Below, in pieces: positions 29,586 through 39,688 of a stretch of DNA of 64,000 nucleotides (position 1 is the first letter of the stretch; each line of letters starts with the position of its first letter). Below the pieces are notes generated by a model that saw only the letters and a program-made list of their open reading frames with translations, made no database searches and was not told the DNA's origin. The translations under genes and the position numbers were made by a program. Source of the DNA: Petrotoga sp. 9PW.55.5.1 (GTDB lineage: Bacteria > Thermotogota > Thermotogae > Petrotogales > Petrotogaceae); the NCBI RefSeq assembly GCF_003265365.1, contig NZ_AUPM01000018.1, positions 15,053-79,052 on the forward strand, read 5' to 3'.

Positions 29586-29601
29586 AATTTTTCACTATCA
29601 A

Positions 29602-29636
29602 ATAGATAGAGGGAGATCCTCTATCTATTTTTATTT
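29602..29636 (+). terminator. Rho-independent terminator (11-bp perfect stem ATAGATAGAGG/CCTCTATCTAT plus T-run). A second small hairpin ACACA..TGTGT plus T8 lies at 29645-29664.
   Basis: Read directly in the sequence. Confidence 0.7.
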
Positions 29637-29706
29637 GTTCTAAAACACATCTGTGTTTTTTTTGAACTTAATTATGATAAAATATTATAAAGGGGTGTAT
29701 GATTGT

Positions 29707-30156
29707 ATGAAGGTATTGCTAATTCAAGATGTGCCAAAACTCGGGAAAAAGGGAGAGGTTAAAGAAGTTTCTGATGGGTATGCTAGAAATTTCCTAATTC
29801 GTAAGAACTTGGCTGTCGAAGCTACAAGCGGAAAGCTAAAACATTTAGAAACAATAAAAAATATAGAGGATCAAAAAAAAGAAAACATAAAAAAGAGTAG
29901 CGAAGATATTTTGGCAAAATTAAAGGGTAAGAAAATTCAAATAAAAGCAAAATCTGGAGAAAAGGGGAAGTTATTTGGAGCGATAACCGCTCAGAATATT
30001 TCTGACAAAATAACCGAGGTTATAGGTGAAAAATTTGACAAAACATGGATAGATCAAAAAGTCAACATTAAGGAATTAGGAATCTATTCATTAAAATTGA
30101 AGCTTCCTCAAGGAGTGAGAGGAGAGATAAAGGTTGAAGTTTTACCTGAAGAATAA
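29707..30156 (+). CDS. rplI: 50S ribosomal protein L9
   Basis: [31 protein letters not shown]. The ATG at 29707 with an upstream AAAGGGGTG is more plausible than the ORF-track start at 29653. Confidence 0.85.
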   Translation: MKVLLIQDVPKLGKKGEVKEVSDGYARNFLIRKNLAVEATSGKLKHLETIKNIEDQKKENIKKSSEDILAKLKGKKIQIKAKSGEKGKLFGAITAQNISDKITEVIGEKFDKTWIDQKVNIKELGIYSLKLKLPQGVRGEIKVEVLPEE

Positions 30157-30179
30157 AAGCTAGTTGGGAGTTGTGAGGA

Positions 30180-31007
30180 TTGGAATTTTTAATAAAGTCA
30201 AAGGCTTTGTATACAACATGGGTATTCTATAAGCCGAATAGAATACTTTTTGATGCAGGAGAAGGAGTAAGTGCCGAATTAGGAAACAAGATATATGGAA
30301 TTGAAAAAATTATTTTAACTCACTCCCATGTGGATCACATAGCAGGATTATGGGGAATAATAAATACTCGCAACAATGCTATGGGAAGTAGAAACAAGAA
30401 ATTAGAGATATATTACCCTCAAGGTTCAAATAATATAAATGAGTATTTACAATTCATAAGTAGAATGAACAAAAGGTTGAGATACGATGTCGTTTTCAAA
30501 GAAATCGATTTATCAAACTCTATTAAGCTAAATAATAAAAGATTTATAAAACCATTCAAAACCAGACATTCTCCGGGAGAAGTTTCTTTTGGATATCAAA
30601 TATTAGAAACAAGAAAAAGATTGAAGGAGTCTTATAGGAACTTAAAAGAAGAAGAAATTAGAAATTTAATAGTTAATGAAAAAAAAGATATTTTGGAAAA
30701 TTACACTGCTAACATTTTAACCATAAGCGGTGATTCTTTACCTATTCCTCCAAATTTTGCCAAGGATTGCGAAATATTAATTCATGAGTGTACTTTTTTT
30801 GAAGAGAATGACCGAAAGATCAGAAACCATACTTCTTTGTCAGAATTGAAAAGATTAATACATGAAACTATGCCAAAACAAATTATTATTTATCACGTTT
30901 CAAGTAGATACAACAAAATAATTAAAACAACTACTGAACATTTAAGAAAAGAGTTTCCAAATACAAATATTAATATAGTTCATCCAGAAAGAATATTTAA
31001 AATATAA
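30180..31007 (+). CDS. MBL-fold metallo-hydrolase (possible RNase Z-like)
   Basis: HSHVDH (HxHxDH) motif. 275 aa. Confidence 0.55.
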   Translation: MEFLIKSKALYTTWVFYKPNRILFDAGEGVSAELGNKIYGIEKIILTHSHVDHIAGLWGIINTRNNAMGSRNKKLEIYYPQGSNNINEYLQFISRMNKRLRYDVVFKEIDLSNSIKLNNKRFIKPFKTRHSPGEVSFGYQILETRKRLKESYRNLKEEEIRNLIVNEKKDILENYTANILTISGDSLPIPPNFAKDCEILIHECTFFEENDRKIRNHTSLSELKRLIHETMPKQIIIYHVSSRYNKIIKTTTEHLRKEFPNTNINIVHPERIFKI

Positions 31008-31017
31008 TAAATCAGAG

Positions 31018-31494
31018 GTGAAATTTATGGGGCAATGGGGTGTCTGGATCATATTTGCAATAATTTTTGCCATAGCCGAAGCAGTTCTTCCTTCATTTTT
31101 TTTCTTATGGTTTGCAATAGGAGCTGGAGTTGCTGCTGTTAGTTCTTTGTTTATTTCATCAGCATCTTTAAATTTAATTATATTTCTGACAGTTTCTTTT
31201 ATACTTTGGATTTCAACCAAAAGAATAGTTCAAAGACTGTATAAAAGTTCATCAGATTCGAAAGTTTATCAGGAACAAATTGCCGGGAAGAAGGGCAAAA
31301 TCGATAAAATTTATGATAATGGAAGAATAATAGTTAGAATCAAAGGTGATGAGTGGAGAGCTTTTCCTGAAGAAGATCAACCTATGAATGAATTACATGT
31401 TGGTGATGATGTCATAATAACTAGAAAAAGTGCTAATTTTGTCTATATAAAAAAATTAGAAAGTTCAGAGGATAACAAAAGGGAAGAAGTTTAG
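31018..31494 (+). CDS. NfeD-family membrane protein (short form, OB-fold C-terminus)
   Basis: Two N-terminal TM segments and a C-terminal beta domain. Directly upstream of an SPFH gene. Confidence 0.6.
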   Translation: MKFMGQWGVWIIFAIIFAIAEAVLPSFFFLWFAIGAGVAAVSSLFISSASLNLIIFLTVSFILWISTKRIVQRLYKSSSDSKVYQEQIAGKKGKIDKIYDNGRIIVRIKGDEWRAFPEEDQPMNELHVGDDVIITRKSANFVYIKKLESSEDNKREEV

Positions 31495-31523
31495 AATATT
31501 TTCATTAAATCTTTTAAAGAAAG

Positions 31524-32465
31524 GTGGGGAATAAAATGTTCCTGATTTTAATAATAGTTGTTGTGTTTCTTATTTTTTTAGCTTCAGTAAGTTTGAAGGT
31601 CATTCGTCCGTATGAAAAAGGCTTGGTAGAAAGATTAGGAAAGTTCCACAGACAGGTAGATTCAGGCTTGAATTTTATTACGCCATTTATAGAAAGAATA
31701 ACTAAAGTTGATTTAAGAGAAATGGTAATAGATGTACCGCCTCAAGAAGTTATTACCAGAGACAACGTTATAGTTACTGTAGATGCTGTAATATACTATG
31801 AGGTTACCGATGCGTACAGAGTAGTATATAACGTTGGAGATTTCACTTCTGCTGCTGTAAAATTAGCTCAAACGAATTTAAGAAATGTAATAGGTGAGCT
31901 GGAATTGGACCAAACCCTTACATCTAGGGAAAGAATAAACACAAAATTAAGAGAGGTACTTGATGAAGCAACTGATAAATGGGGAGTTAGAATAACAAGA
32001 GTAGAAATTAAAAAGATTGATCCACCCCAAGATATAATGGATGCTATGAGCAAACAGATGAAAGCCGAAAGAATGAAAAGAGCAGTTATTTTAGAAGCCG
32101 AAGGGTATAAACAATCACAAATTACCCGAGCAGAAGGAGATAGAAATGCAGCAATTTTAAAGGCAGAAGGAGAAGCTGAAGCCGTTAAGAAGAAAGCAGA
32201 CGCTGAAAAATACAAGCTTAGTATAGAAGCAGATGGTGAAGCGGAAGCTATTCTAAAAGTATTTAATTCTATACACAAAGGTAATCCTACAAAAGATTTA
32301 ATAACCCTAAGATATTTTGAAGCTTTAAAATCCATTTCAGATGGACAATCTACAAAGATATTTATGCCTTATGAAATATCAGGCATACTTAGTTCTGTAG
32401 CTGCTATGGCTGATATCTCAAGAAATGATGTCCCTTTAGAAAACAATCCAAAAAATAAAGAATAA
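31524..32465 (+). CDS. SPFH/band-7 (stomatin/prohibitin-like) protein
   Basis: N-terminal TM, SPFH core, and a coiled-coil C-terminus with EAEA repeats. Confidence 0.8.
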   Translation: MGNKMFLILIIVVVFLIFLASVSLKVIRPYEKGLVERLGKFHRQVDSGLNFITPFIERITKVDLREMVIDVPPQEVITRDNVIVTVDAVIYYEVTDAYRVVYNVGDFTSAAVKLAQTNLRNVIGELELDQTLTSRERINTKLREVLDEATDKWGVRITRVEIKKIDPPQDIMDAMSKQMKAERMKRAVILEAEGYKQSQITRAEGDRNAAILKAEGEAEAVKKKADAEKYKLSIEADGEAEAILKVFNSIHKGNPTKDLITLRYFEALKSISDGQSTKIFMPYEISGILSSVAAMADISRNDVPLENNPKNKE

Positions 32466-32467
32466 AT

Positions 32468-33010
32468 TTGATTTGTGAGGATTCAAAGATGTTCTTTTTA
32501 AGGTCTATATTTATAAACGCTATTAGTTTTATTATAGCGTTTTTGAGTATTAAAAATCTAATATTAAAAAATAGAGAATTATTTAATTTTATAGATTATT
32601 TTAATATCTATGGAGCAAGTTCTTTTTTGCTCCTTTGTTTTTACTTGAAATATTTAAGCAATTCTATCTATTTCATGGAAATAATTATATTCATTATCAT
32701 CACATTCTATTACCTTAGATCTTTTAATACCGCAACTCAAAAGTATCATGAAAGATTCAAAATAACGATTCTATCACTAGGGAATTCAAAGAAAAGTTAT
32801 TTTAGCAACTTTCTTTCAAAAAAGATTCTATCAAGAGGTTTTGAAGCATATCTTTTTGCTCTTTCTTTACACTATTTTCTAGATAAACTTTTTTATTCAT
32901 TATATGTGTATGTTCATCCTCTAATAATAGTAATACCAGCTGTTATATTATTTTTAACTGCTTTAGCGAAAACTTCAAAAGTTAACAAAATATATAAAAT
33001 TTTAAAGTGA
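32468..33010 (+). CDS. hypothetical integral membrane protein (180 aa)
   Basis: Hydrophobic ORF immediately after the SPFH gene. Confidence 0.4.
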   Translation: MICEDSKMFFLRSIFINAISFIIAFLSIKNLILKNRELFNFIDYFNIYGASSFLLLCFYLKYLSNSIYFMEIIIFIIITFYYLRSFNTATQKYHERFKITILSLGNSKKSYFSNFLSKKILSRGFEAYLFALSLHYFLDKLFYSLYVYVHPLIIVIPAVILFLTALAKTSKVNKIYKILK

Positions 33011-33090
33011 ATTAAATCAAATTATGTTATTATACCTATGGAGGGTATAATAACAATATAAAACTAATAAATAAACGGAGGTCTTTAATT

Positions 33091-33762
33091 ATGGAAAAAA
33101 TGCTAGACAAGGATACACAAAATAAAGTGAGAGAGATTTTACAAGAATTAACACAACCTGTCAAAATCGTACTGATAAAAAATGAAGGAGAATACTCTGA
33201 TATTGTTGAACAACTTTTAGACGAACTAAAGGAATTAGACGAAAGAATAATAGTAAATAGCTATCATTCTGATTCAGAAGAAGCAAGAACTTATCAATTT
33301 GAAAATGATCTCTTACCGGCTTTGTTGATTTTAGACAACGATGGTAAAGATTATAGAATAAGGTACTACGGTATACCTTCAGGATACGAATTTACCACAC
33401 TTTTACAGAATATTATAGCAGTTTCAAATAAAACGGTTAACTCTTTCACTAAGGAAAATATAGAAAAATTAGCTAATATAAATAAAGAATTACGCATAAG
33501 AGTTTTCGTTACTCCAACATGCCCATACTGTCCAAAATCTGTTTTAGCGGCTCATCAAACAGCTATGTTGAATCCGAAAATCACCGGGGAAATGATTGAA
33601 GCTAACGAATTTGGTAGAATTTCTTTTGAATACGGTGTCAGTTCTGTTCCACAGACTGTTATAGAAGTTAAAGAAAACGGAAAGTGGGTTAAAAAAGGAG
33701 AATTCGTAGGAGCTTATCCAGAAAACAGTTACGTTGAAGAAATTCTAAAAGCAGTAGAATAA
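33091..33762 (+). CDS. glutaredoxin-like protein-disulfide oxidoreductase (two thioredoxin-fold units)
   Basis: CPYC active site in the second unit. 223 aa. Followed by trxB. Confidence 0.65.
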   Translation: MEKMLDKDTQNKVREILQELTQPVKIVLIKNEGEYSDIVEQLLDELKELDERIIVNSYHSDSEEARTYQFENDLLPALLILDNDGKDYRIRYYGIPSGYEFTTLLQNIIAVSNKTVNSFTKENIEKLANINKELRIRVFVTPTCPYCPKSVLAAHQTAMLNPKITGEMIEANEFGRISFEYGVSSVPQTVIEVKENGKWVKKGEFVGAYPENSYVEEILKAVE

Positions 33763-33780
33763 AAAACAGGAGGACTTCTT

Positions 33781-34782
33781 ATGTTTTTCAACGTTGAAGG
33801 ACAAAATAAAAAAGATAAATTAAAAGAATTTTATGATGTTATAATAATTGGCGGCGGACCGGCAGGGATATCCGCCGCTATATATGCGATTCAAGGAGGC
33901 GCTTCTGCCTTAGTGATTGAAAAGGCTATAGAAGGCGGCCAAATGAATTTAACTGATATTGTAGAGAATTACCCAGGTTTTAAATCGATAAAAGGCCAAG
34001 AACTTTCGTCTTTGATGAAACAACACGCTGTACATTTTGGAGCAGAATTTTATTCTGGAGAAGTAAAAGAAATAAAATCAGAAGAAGACTTCAAAGAAGT
34101 AATTATAGATAATGGAATTATATTTAAATCTAAAACTTTAATGATAGCAAGCGGTTCTAATCCAAAAAAACTAGGAGTAAAAGGAGAGAAGGAATTTACT
34201 TCTAAAGGTGTTTCTTACTGTGCTTCTTGTGACGGACATTTTTTTAAAGATAAAAAAGTGGCGGTTATAGGTGGGGGAAATACTGCGGTCGAAGAGGCTG
34301 TTTATTTATCAAATATTGCCCGTGAAGTTTATATAATTCATAGGAGAGACAAGTTAAGAGCTGATAAACTTTATCAAGAAAGAGCTTTTGAAAAAGAAAA
34401 TATTAAATTCATTTGGAATTCTGTTGTTGAAGAAATAAAAGGGAAGGAAAAAGTGCAAAGCTTAGTTTTAAAAAATGTAAAAACCGGTGAGTTAAAAGAA
34501 GAACTTTTTGATGGCGTTTTTATTTTCGTTGGACTAGTTCCTGAAACAAGTTTTCTAGATATTAATAATTTTGAAACTGATGAATACGGGTTTTTAATTA
34601 CAGACAAGAATATGGAAACAAGGGTAAAAGGTATTTATGCCATTGGCGATATCAGACACAAAGAAATAAGGCAGATAGTAACCGCTGTTGCTGATGGAGC
34701 CATTGCTTCTTCTCATGCTGTTCGAGAATATATTAACGAAACCCGAAATAAACAAGTTAAAATTGACAAAATAGAAATTTGA
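33781..34782 (+). CDS. trxB: thioredoxin-disulfide reductase
   Basis: FAD motif IIIGGGPAGISAAIYA, redox CASCDG and NADPH motif GGGNTAVEEA. Confidence 0.85.
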   Translation: MFFNVEGQNKKDKLKEFYDVIIIGGGPAGISAAIYAIQGGASALVIEKAIEGGQMNLTDIVENYPGFKSIKGQELSSLMKQHAVHFGAEFYSGEVKEIKSEEDFKEVIIDNGIIFKSKTLMIASGSNPKKLGVKGEKEFTSKGVSYCASCDGHFFKDKKVAVIGGGNTAVEEAVYLSNIAREVYIIHRRDKLRADKLYQERAFEKENIKFIWNSVVEEIKGKEKVQSLVLKNVKTGELKEELFDGVFIFVGLVPETSFLDINNFETDEYGFLITDKNMETRVKGIYAIGDIRHKEIRQIVTAVADGAIASSHAVREYINETRNKQVKIDKIEI

Positions 34783-34791
34783 TTGTATAAT
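34763..34791 (+). promoter_or_regulatory. consensus sigma70 promoter TTGACA-17-TATAAT for rpsO, overlapping the trxB 3' end
   Basis: Read in the sequence. The leader to the rpsO ATG is about 75 nt. Confidence 0.6.
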
Positions 34792-34872
34792 ATATTTTGG
34801 ACCTTAACTCAGTTTTGGGTATAACCCCTTAACTTAGTTAAAGGAATTACACCCGCAGGAGGTTATAGAAAG

Positions 34873-35148
34873 ATGTCAAGAGGATTAGACCCCGAAAAAA
34901 AAGACGATATTATTGAAGAGTTTAAGATCAACGACAAAGACACGGGTTCAGTTGAAGTTCAAGTTGCGTTACTTACTGCCAGAATCAAACATTTGACAGA
35001 ACACTTAAAACAACACCCCAAAGATTATCACAGTCGACGTGGTTTGATGATGATGGTAGGAAAAAGAAGAAAGATGCTAAAATACTTAAGAAAGAAAAAA
35101 CCGTTAGTTTATCAAGAAATCATAAATAAACTAGGTATCAGAGGTTAA
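34873..35148 (+). CDS. rpsO: 30S ribosomal protein S15
   Basis: Clear family match. 91 aa. Confidence 0.9.
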   Translation: MSRGLDPEKKDDIIEEFKINDKDTGSVEVQVALLTARIKHLTEHLKQHPKDYHSRRGLMMMVGKRRKMLKYLRKKKPLVYQEIINKLGIRG

Positions 35149-35207
35149 TCAAAACATAAAAAACGGGGCATTTGCTCCGTTTTTATTTTTCTAATGGAGG
35201 TGAAAGA

Positions 35208-37295
35208 ATGAAAGTATGGGAACGTGAATTATTTGGAAGAAAACTTCGTATAGAACACGGAAAAGTAGCAAAACAAGCTTTAGGCTCTGTATTGTTGACT
35301 TTTGATGAGTCAACTATATTGGTAACTACAGATGCCTCAGAAGAATCTGTAAAAGGTCAAGATTTTTTCCCTTTAACTGTTGAGTTCCAGGAAAAATTTT
35401 ACGCGGTAGGAAAGATTCCAGGTGGTTTTATAAAACGAGAAGGAAAACCGAGTGACGAAGCTATACTTGCAGCACGACTTATAGACAGACCAATTAGACC
35501 CCTATTCCCAGAAAACTTTTTTAATGAAGTTCAGGTAATTGCAACTGTATTTTCAATGCTTAACGACGATAGTATTGAAACATGGGGAATAACTGGTGCA
35601 TCTTTAGCTTTAAACCTTTCTCCAATACCATTTGAAGGAGTAGTTGCGGGGGTAAGAATCGGATATGTAGATGGAAAGTTTATAGCTTTTCCTACTCAAG
35701 AAGAATTAAAGAAATCCAAGATAGACATGGTGGTTGCAGGAACAAAAGATGCAATAACAATGGTTGAGGGTGAATCACTGGAAGTTTCTGAAGAAGAAAT
35801 GGTGGAAGCCTTAATGTTTGCCCAAGAAAAGATTCTAGAAATAATAAAGCTTGAAGAAGAGATTATTTCAGAATTCAACATCGAAAAGTGGGAAGTTAAA
35901 AATGAAGTGGTACCAGAAGAATTCATCAACGATTATTTATCTTTGATAGACGAAGGTGAACTTGAAAATGTTCTTCTCACTCAGGGTAAAAAAAACAGGG
36001 ATAAGGCTTTATCAGAATTTAAAGAACAGATAACGAAAAATTTTGAAGAAACATTTTTAGAAAAGTGGAGTGAAAACTTTTACGAAGATAAAAAAAGATT
36101 TTTACACAATGCTTTTGAAGATAAACTTCAGAAAACGATGAGGAATATGATCGTTCAACAAAACAAAAGAGTTGATGGAAGAACTACTGATGAAATTAGA
36201 AACATTAATTGTGAAGTTGGATTAATACCAAGAGTCCATGGTTCAGCTTTATTTACTAGAGGAGAAACTCAATCACTTGGAACCGTAACTTTAGGAGCAC
36301 CCATGGATGTTCAAATAATCGATACTATCTTTAGTGATGAGGAAAAAAGATTTATGTTACATTATAACTTTCCCCCTTTTTCCACAGGAGAAGTAAAAAG
36401 GTTGAGAGGGGTTAGTAGAAGAGAAATTGGACATGGACATCTTGCAGAAAGAGCTCACAAAAATCTTATCCCCAATGATGAGGAATTCCCTTACACAATA
36501 AGAGTGGTTTCTGATATTTTGGAATCAAACGGTTCATCCTCAATGGCTAGTGTTTGTTCTGCATCTTTAGCTTTAATGGATGCAGGTGTACCTATAAAAA
36601 AACACGTTGCAGGTATAGCAATGGGTTTAATATTTGAAAATAACGATTTCGTAGTTTTGACAGATATATTGGGGATGGAAGATCATCTCGGTGATATGGA
36701 TTTCAAAGTTGCTGGTACAAGAGATGGAATAACAGCTTTTCAAATGGATGTTAAAACTTATGAGGTTAATAGAGACGTACTTCAAAAAGCTTTGGAAAAA
36801 GCTAAAATTGCTAGATTAAAAATACTTGAAATAATGTATCAAACTATTTCTGAACCGAGAAAAGAATTGTCACCGTATGTTCCAATAATGAAATTGATTA
36901 GAATACCTGTTTCAAAAATTGGTGAAGTAATAGGCCCAGGAGGAAAAAATATAAAAGAAATAAGTGAATTATACAATGTGGAAGTATATATAGAAGATGA
37001 TGGAAGGGTTAAAGTCACAGGCACCGATTCAAATAAAGTTGATCTTGCTTTGAAACATATTCAAAATATGGTTACTGAAGTAGTAAAAGGCGGAGTCTTC
37101 GAAGGTATGGTTAAAAGAATAGAGAAATATGGAATTTTTGTAGAAGTTCTTCCAGGAAAAGTTGGCATGTTGCATGTTTCAAACTTAAAAGATAAACTTC
37201 AAAGCTTCAAAGTTGGCGATAAGGTCAAAGTTGAGGTTTTAAGTATAGAAGATCAGGGTAAGTTTCAGTTAAAACAATTAAAAGAAGAAGATTAG
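35208..37295 (+). CDS. pnp: polyribonucleotide nucleotidyltransferase (PNPase)
   Basis: Two RNase PH domains, KH ([17 protein letters not shown]) and S1 domain. ATG 35208 after GGAGGTG. The track start at 35172 sits inside an upstream hairpin. Confidence 0.9.
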   Translation: MKVWERELFGRKLRIEHGKVAKQALGSVLLTFDESTILVTTDASEESVKGQDFFPLTVEFQEKFYAVGKIPGGFIKREGKPSDEAILAARLIDRPIRPLFPENFFNEVQVIATVFSMLNDDSIETWGITGASLALNLSPIPFEGVVAGVRIGYVDGKFIAFPTQEELKKSKIDMVVAGTKDAITMVEGESLEVSEEEMVEALMFAQEKILEIIKLEEEIISEFNIEKWEVKNEVVPEEFINDYLSLIDEGELENVLLTQGKKNRDKALSEFKEQITKNFEETFLEKWSENFYEDKKRFLHNAFEDKLQKTMRNMIVQQNKRVDGRTTDEIRNINCEVGLIPRVHGSALFTRGETQSLGTVTLGAPMDVQIIDTIFSDEEKRFMLHYNFPPFSTGEVKRLRGVSRREIGHGHLAERAHKNLIPNDEEFPYTIRVVSDILESNGSSSMASVCSASLALMDAGVPIKKHVAGIAMGLIFENNDFVVLTDILGMEDHLGDMDFKVAGTRDGITAFQMDVKTYEVNRDVLQKALEKAKIARLKILEIMYQTISEPRKELSPYVPIMKLIRIPVSKIGEVIGPGGKNIKEISELYNVEVYIEDDGRVKVTGTDSNKVDLALKHIQNMVTEVVKGGVFEGMVKRIEKYGIFVEVLPGKVGMLHVSNLKDKLQSFKVGDKVKVEVLSIEDQGKFQLKQLKEED

Positions 37296-37303
37296 AATAA
37301 AAA

Positions 37304-37326
37304 ACGTGCGGCTTTTTAACCGCATG
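37304..37326 (+). terminator. terminator-like hairpin CGTGCGG-n8-CCGCATG after pnp
   Basis: Imperfect 7-bp stem. Followed by an AT-rich palindrome rather than a clean T-run. Confidence 0.4.
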
Positions 37327-37385
37327 TTTATATTAATTATATAATATTTTTTATATAATTAATATAAACACTATTAATAATAGAG

Positions 37386-38612
37386 GTGACCTTTTTGTAC
37401 AGTTTTAAAAAATTAGATAATGGTCTTGATGTAATTTTGATAAAACGAGATTCTATGATGAGTGCAGCTATAATTTTTTGTGTTAAAGCTGGCTCTTCTA
37501 ATGAAAAGAATGAGAATGCAGGATTATCTCATCTTATTGAGCATACCTCATTCAGAGCAACAAAAAACAGAAATATCTATCAAATAAAACACCCCATAGA
37601 AGAAGTTGGAGGAGTTTTAAATGCTTTTACTTCAAAAATTTTTACTGTTTTCTACTCAAAAGTTCCATCTGTAAAAGTTAACGATACAATAGATATTTTG
37701 TCGGATATTATTTATAATCCACTTCTTGATGAAAAAGACATAGAAAAAGAAAAAACTATAATAATAGAAGAAATTTCTTCTTATGAAGACGATCCATTAA
37801 ATATAGTATTTGAAAAATTATATGAAGGTATTTATGATACCGACTTTTCTAGGCCTATACTAGGTTATAAAGATACTGTTTTAAATATGAATAAAGATGT
37901 AATTCGAGATTATCATGAAAAGTTTTATGCACCTGAAAATTCCACGGTAATAATATCTGGAAAATTTGATGAGGATATCGTATTAAAAAGCCTTGGCAAA
38001 ATTAAAAATACATTCAAACCAAAAAATACTATTAAAAGTCCAAAAATCACTGATGAAGAAATAACCTTAAGAAACTATAAGGTTGATCTTGCCAGTAATT
38101 ATGTGGTGGAGGGATTTAAAGCTCCTTCAAAATTAGAAAATGAATATTATTCTACCTTAATACTTAACACTTTTTTAGGTAGTGGAATGAGTTCTCTCTT
38201 GTTTTCAAAAATACGCGAAGAAGAGGGACTAGCCTATGAAGTTGCTTCCGATTATGTAACTTATCCAAAATCTGGCTTATTATTATTTTATGCTGCTACA
38301 ACTAATGAAAATCTAGAAAAATTACTCGTTAGAATGCAAGAAATTCCTGAAGAAATTAAAAATGATAAAACTCTTGAAAAATGGTTTGAATACGGTAAAA
38401 AAAGATTGATTGGAAAACTCACTCTTGAAATTGAAAATAATTTATCATTGGCATTAAATATTTTAGATTTGTACATAAATTATGGTAAAATCATTACAAT
38501 AGAAGATTTTATAAAGAAAATAGAAAAAATAGAAATTGAGGATGTATTAAATACATCAAACAAAATTTTCTCAAATAATCGATATATATCGATACTTTCT
38601 CCCAAAAAATAA
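37386..38612 (+). CDS. M16-family (pitrilysin-like) zinc peptidase
   Basis: Inverted zincin motif HLIEH (HxxEH). The start may be TTG 37395 (RBS AGAGGTGA) rather than GTG 37386. Confidence 0.75.
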   Translation: MTFLYSFKKLDNGLDVILIKRDSMMSAAIIFCVKAGSSNEKNENAGLSHLIEHTSFRATKNRNIYQIKHPIEEVGGVLNAFTSKIFTVFYSKVPSVKVNDTIDILSDIIYNPLLDEKDIEKEKTIIIEEISSYEDDPLNIVFEKLYEGIYDTDFSRPILGYKDTVLNMNKDVIRDYHEKFYAPENSTVIISGKFDEDIVLKSLGKIKNTFKPKNTIKSPKITDEEITLRNYKVDLASNYVVEGFKAPSKLENEYYSTLILNTFLGSGMSSLLFSKIREEEGLAYEVASDYVTYPKSGLLLFYAATTNENLEKLLVRMQEIPEEIKNDKTLEKWFEYGKKRLIGKLTLEIENNLSLALNILDLYINYGKIITIEDFIKKIEKIEIEDVLNTSNKIFSNNRYISILSPKK

Positions 38613-38643
38613 TAATTTTTATATCTAAAAGGCGGGTGTTTTT

Positions 38644-39684
38644 ATGAAAAAAGTTCCTTTTTATGAATTAAAGCCCGGTCAAGTAGTTGCAGAAGATATC
38701 TTCAAAGATTCAACTCTATTAATATCTAAAGGCACGGTTTTAAAAAACAAAGATATCATCAGGTTAAGAAATCATGGTATTAAGAACGTAGAAGTTTATG
38801 ATGAAAACGACTTTCTGGAAAAAAAGATCGAAGAAAAAATATCTATAGAATTTGATAACATTCCTGCTATCGTAGAAGAAGAAACTTACAAGGAATGGCA
38901 TGAACATTTTGAATTTGTAAAAGATATAACCCACTTAAAAGATGACCCCTCAGAATTAGATTCTCTCGCAGAAGATATTTACAAAAAGTTTTTAAAATCC
39001 GAAGATGTTATTTTAAATCTTTTTCATTCTTTGGGGGATGAAGCACTGAATGCTCATTCTATAAACACTGCCATTATATCGAGTATAATTGCTTCAAAAT
39101 TGGATATGCCTGATATATTTTTAAATAATCTGCTTAAGGCTTGCTTGCTGCATGATATTGGATATAGTTTAATTGGAAAGAGGGTTGTTTTTGATTATAT
39201 TGATATAGAAGATGTAACAGTAAGGTCTCACATAGTTTCAGCATATGAAACCTTCAAAGACATGCAAAAAAAAATTGGCAAAGAGGTTGTAGATGCCATT
39301 TCTACCCATCATGAAAGATTTGATGGAACAGGAATTTTTATGAGATTGAAAGAAAACGATATTAGCCCTCTTGTAAGAATACTACAAATAGGGGATGCGT
39401 ATGATTCTTTCATAGAAGCCGGAAATACACCATACGATGCCATGAGCTTTCTTTTAAGATATTCAGGATTAATTTTTGATCCTTACTATGTTAGCGTTTT
39501 CTTTTCGATCGTAGGACTGTACCCAACAGGTACTCAAGTTATTCTAAATAATGGGAAAAAAGCCACTGTAGTAAAAAAAGGTAAAACATCATCTTTTCCC
39601 GTAGTGGAATGTGAAGGTAATACTATTGAAACGGGTATAGATACCGGGTTATTTATAAGAGAAGTCATTAAAGAAGGAGAATAG
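38644..39684 (+). CDS. HD-GYP-like phosphohydrolase domain protein (non-canonical GYP: HHERFDGTGIF)
   Basis: HD motif LLHDIGY and HHExxDG, with GIF in place of GYP. Confidence 0.6.
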   Translation: MKKVPFYELKPGQVVAEDIFKDSTLLISKGTVLKNKDIIRLRNHGIKNVEVYDENDFLEKKIEEKISIEFDNIPAIVEEETYKEWHEHFEFVKDITHLKDDPSELDSLAEDIYKKFLKSEDVILNLFHSLGDEALNAHSINTAIISSIIASKLDMPDIFLNNLLKACLLHDIGYSLIGKRVVFDYIDIEDVTVRSHIVSAYETFKDMQKKIGKEVVDAISTHHERFDGTGIFMRLKENDISPLVRILQIGDAYDSFIEAGNTPYDAMSFLLRYSGLIFDPYYVSVFFSIVGLYPTGTQVILNNGKKATVVKKGKTSSFPVVECEGNTIETGIDTGLFIREVIKEGE

Positions 39685-39688
39685 TATA

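Noticed and set aside
31868-32335. 155-aa antisense ORF inside the SPFH gene, plus other antisense ORFs (1086-1280, 2938-3320, 5439-5901, 20930-21280, 54295-54726)
   Set aside because: They are fully embedded opposite to strongly supported genes. They have low-complexity or Ser/Leu-rich composition with no start context. These are shadow ORFs.
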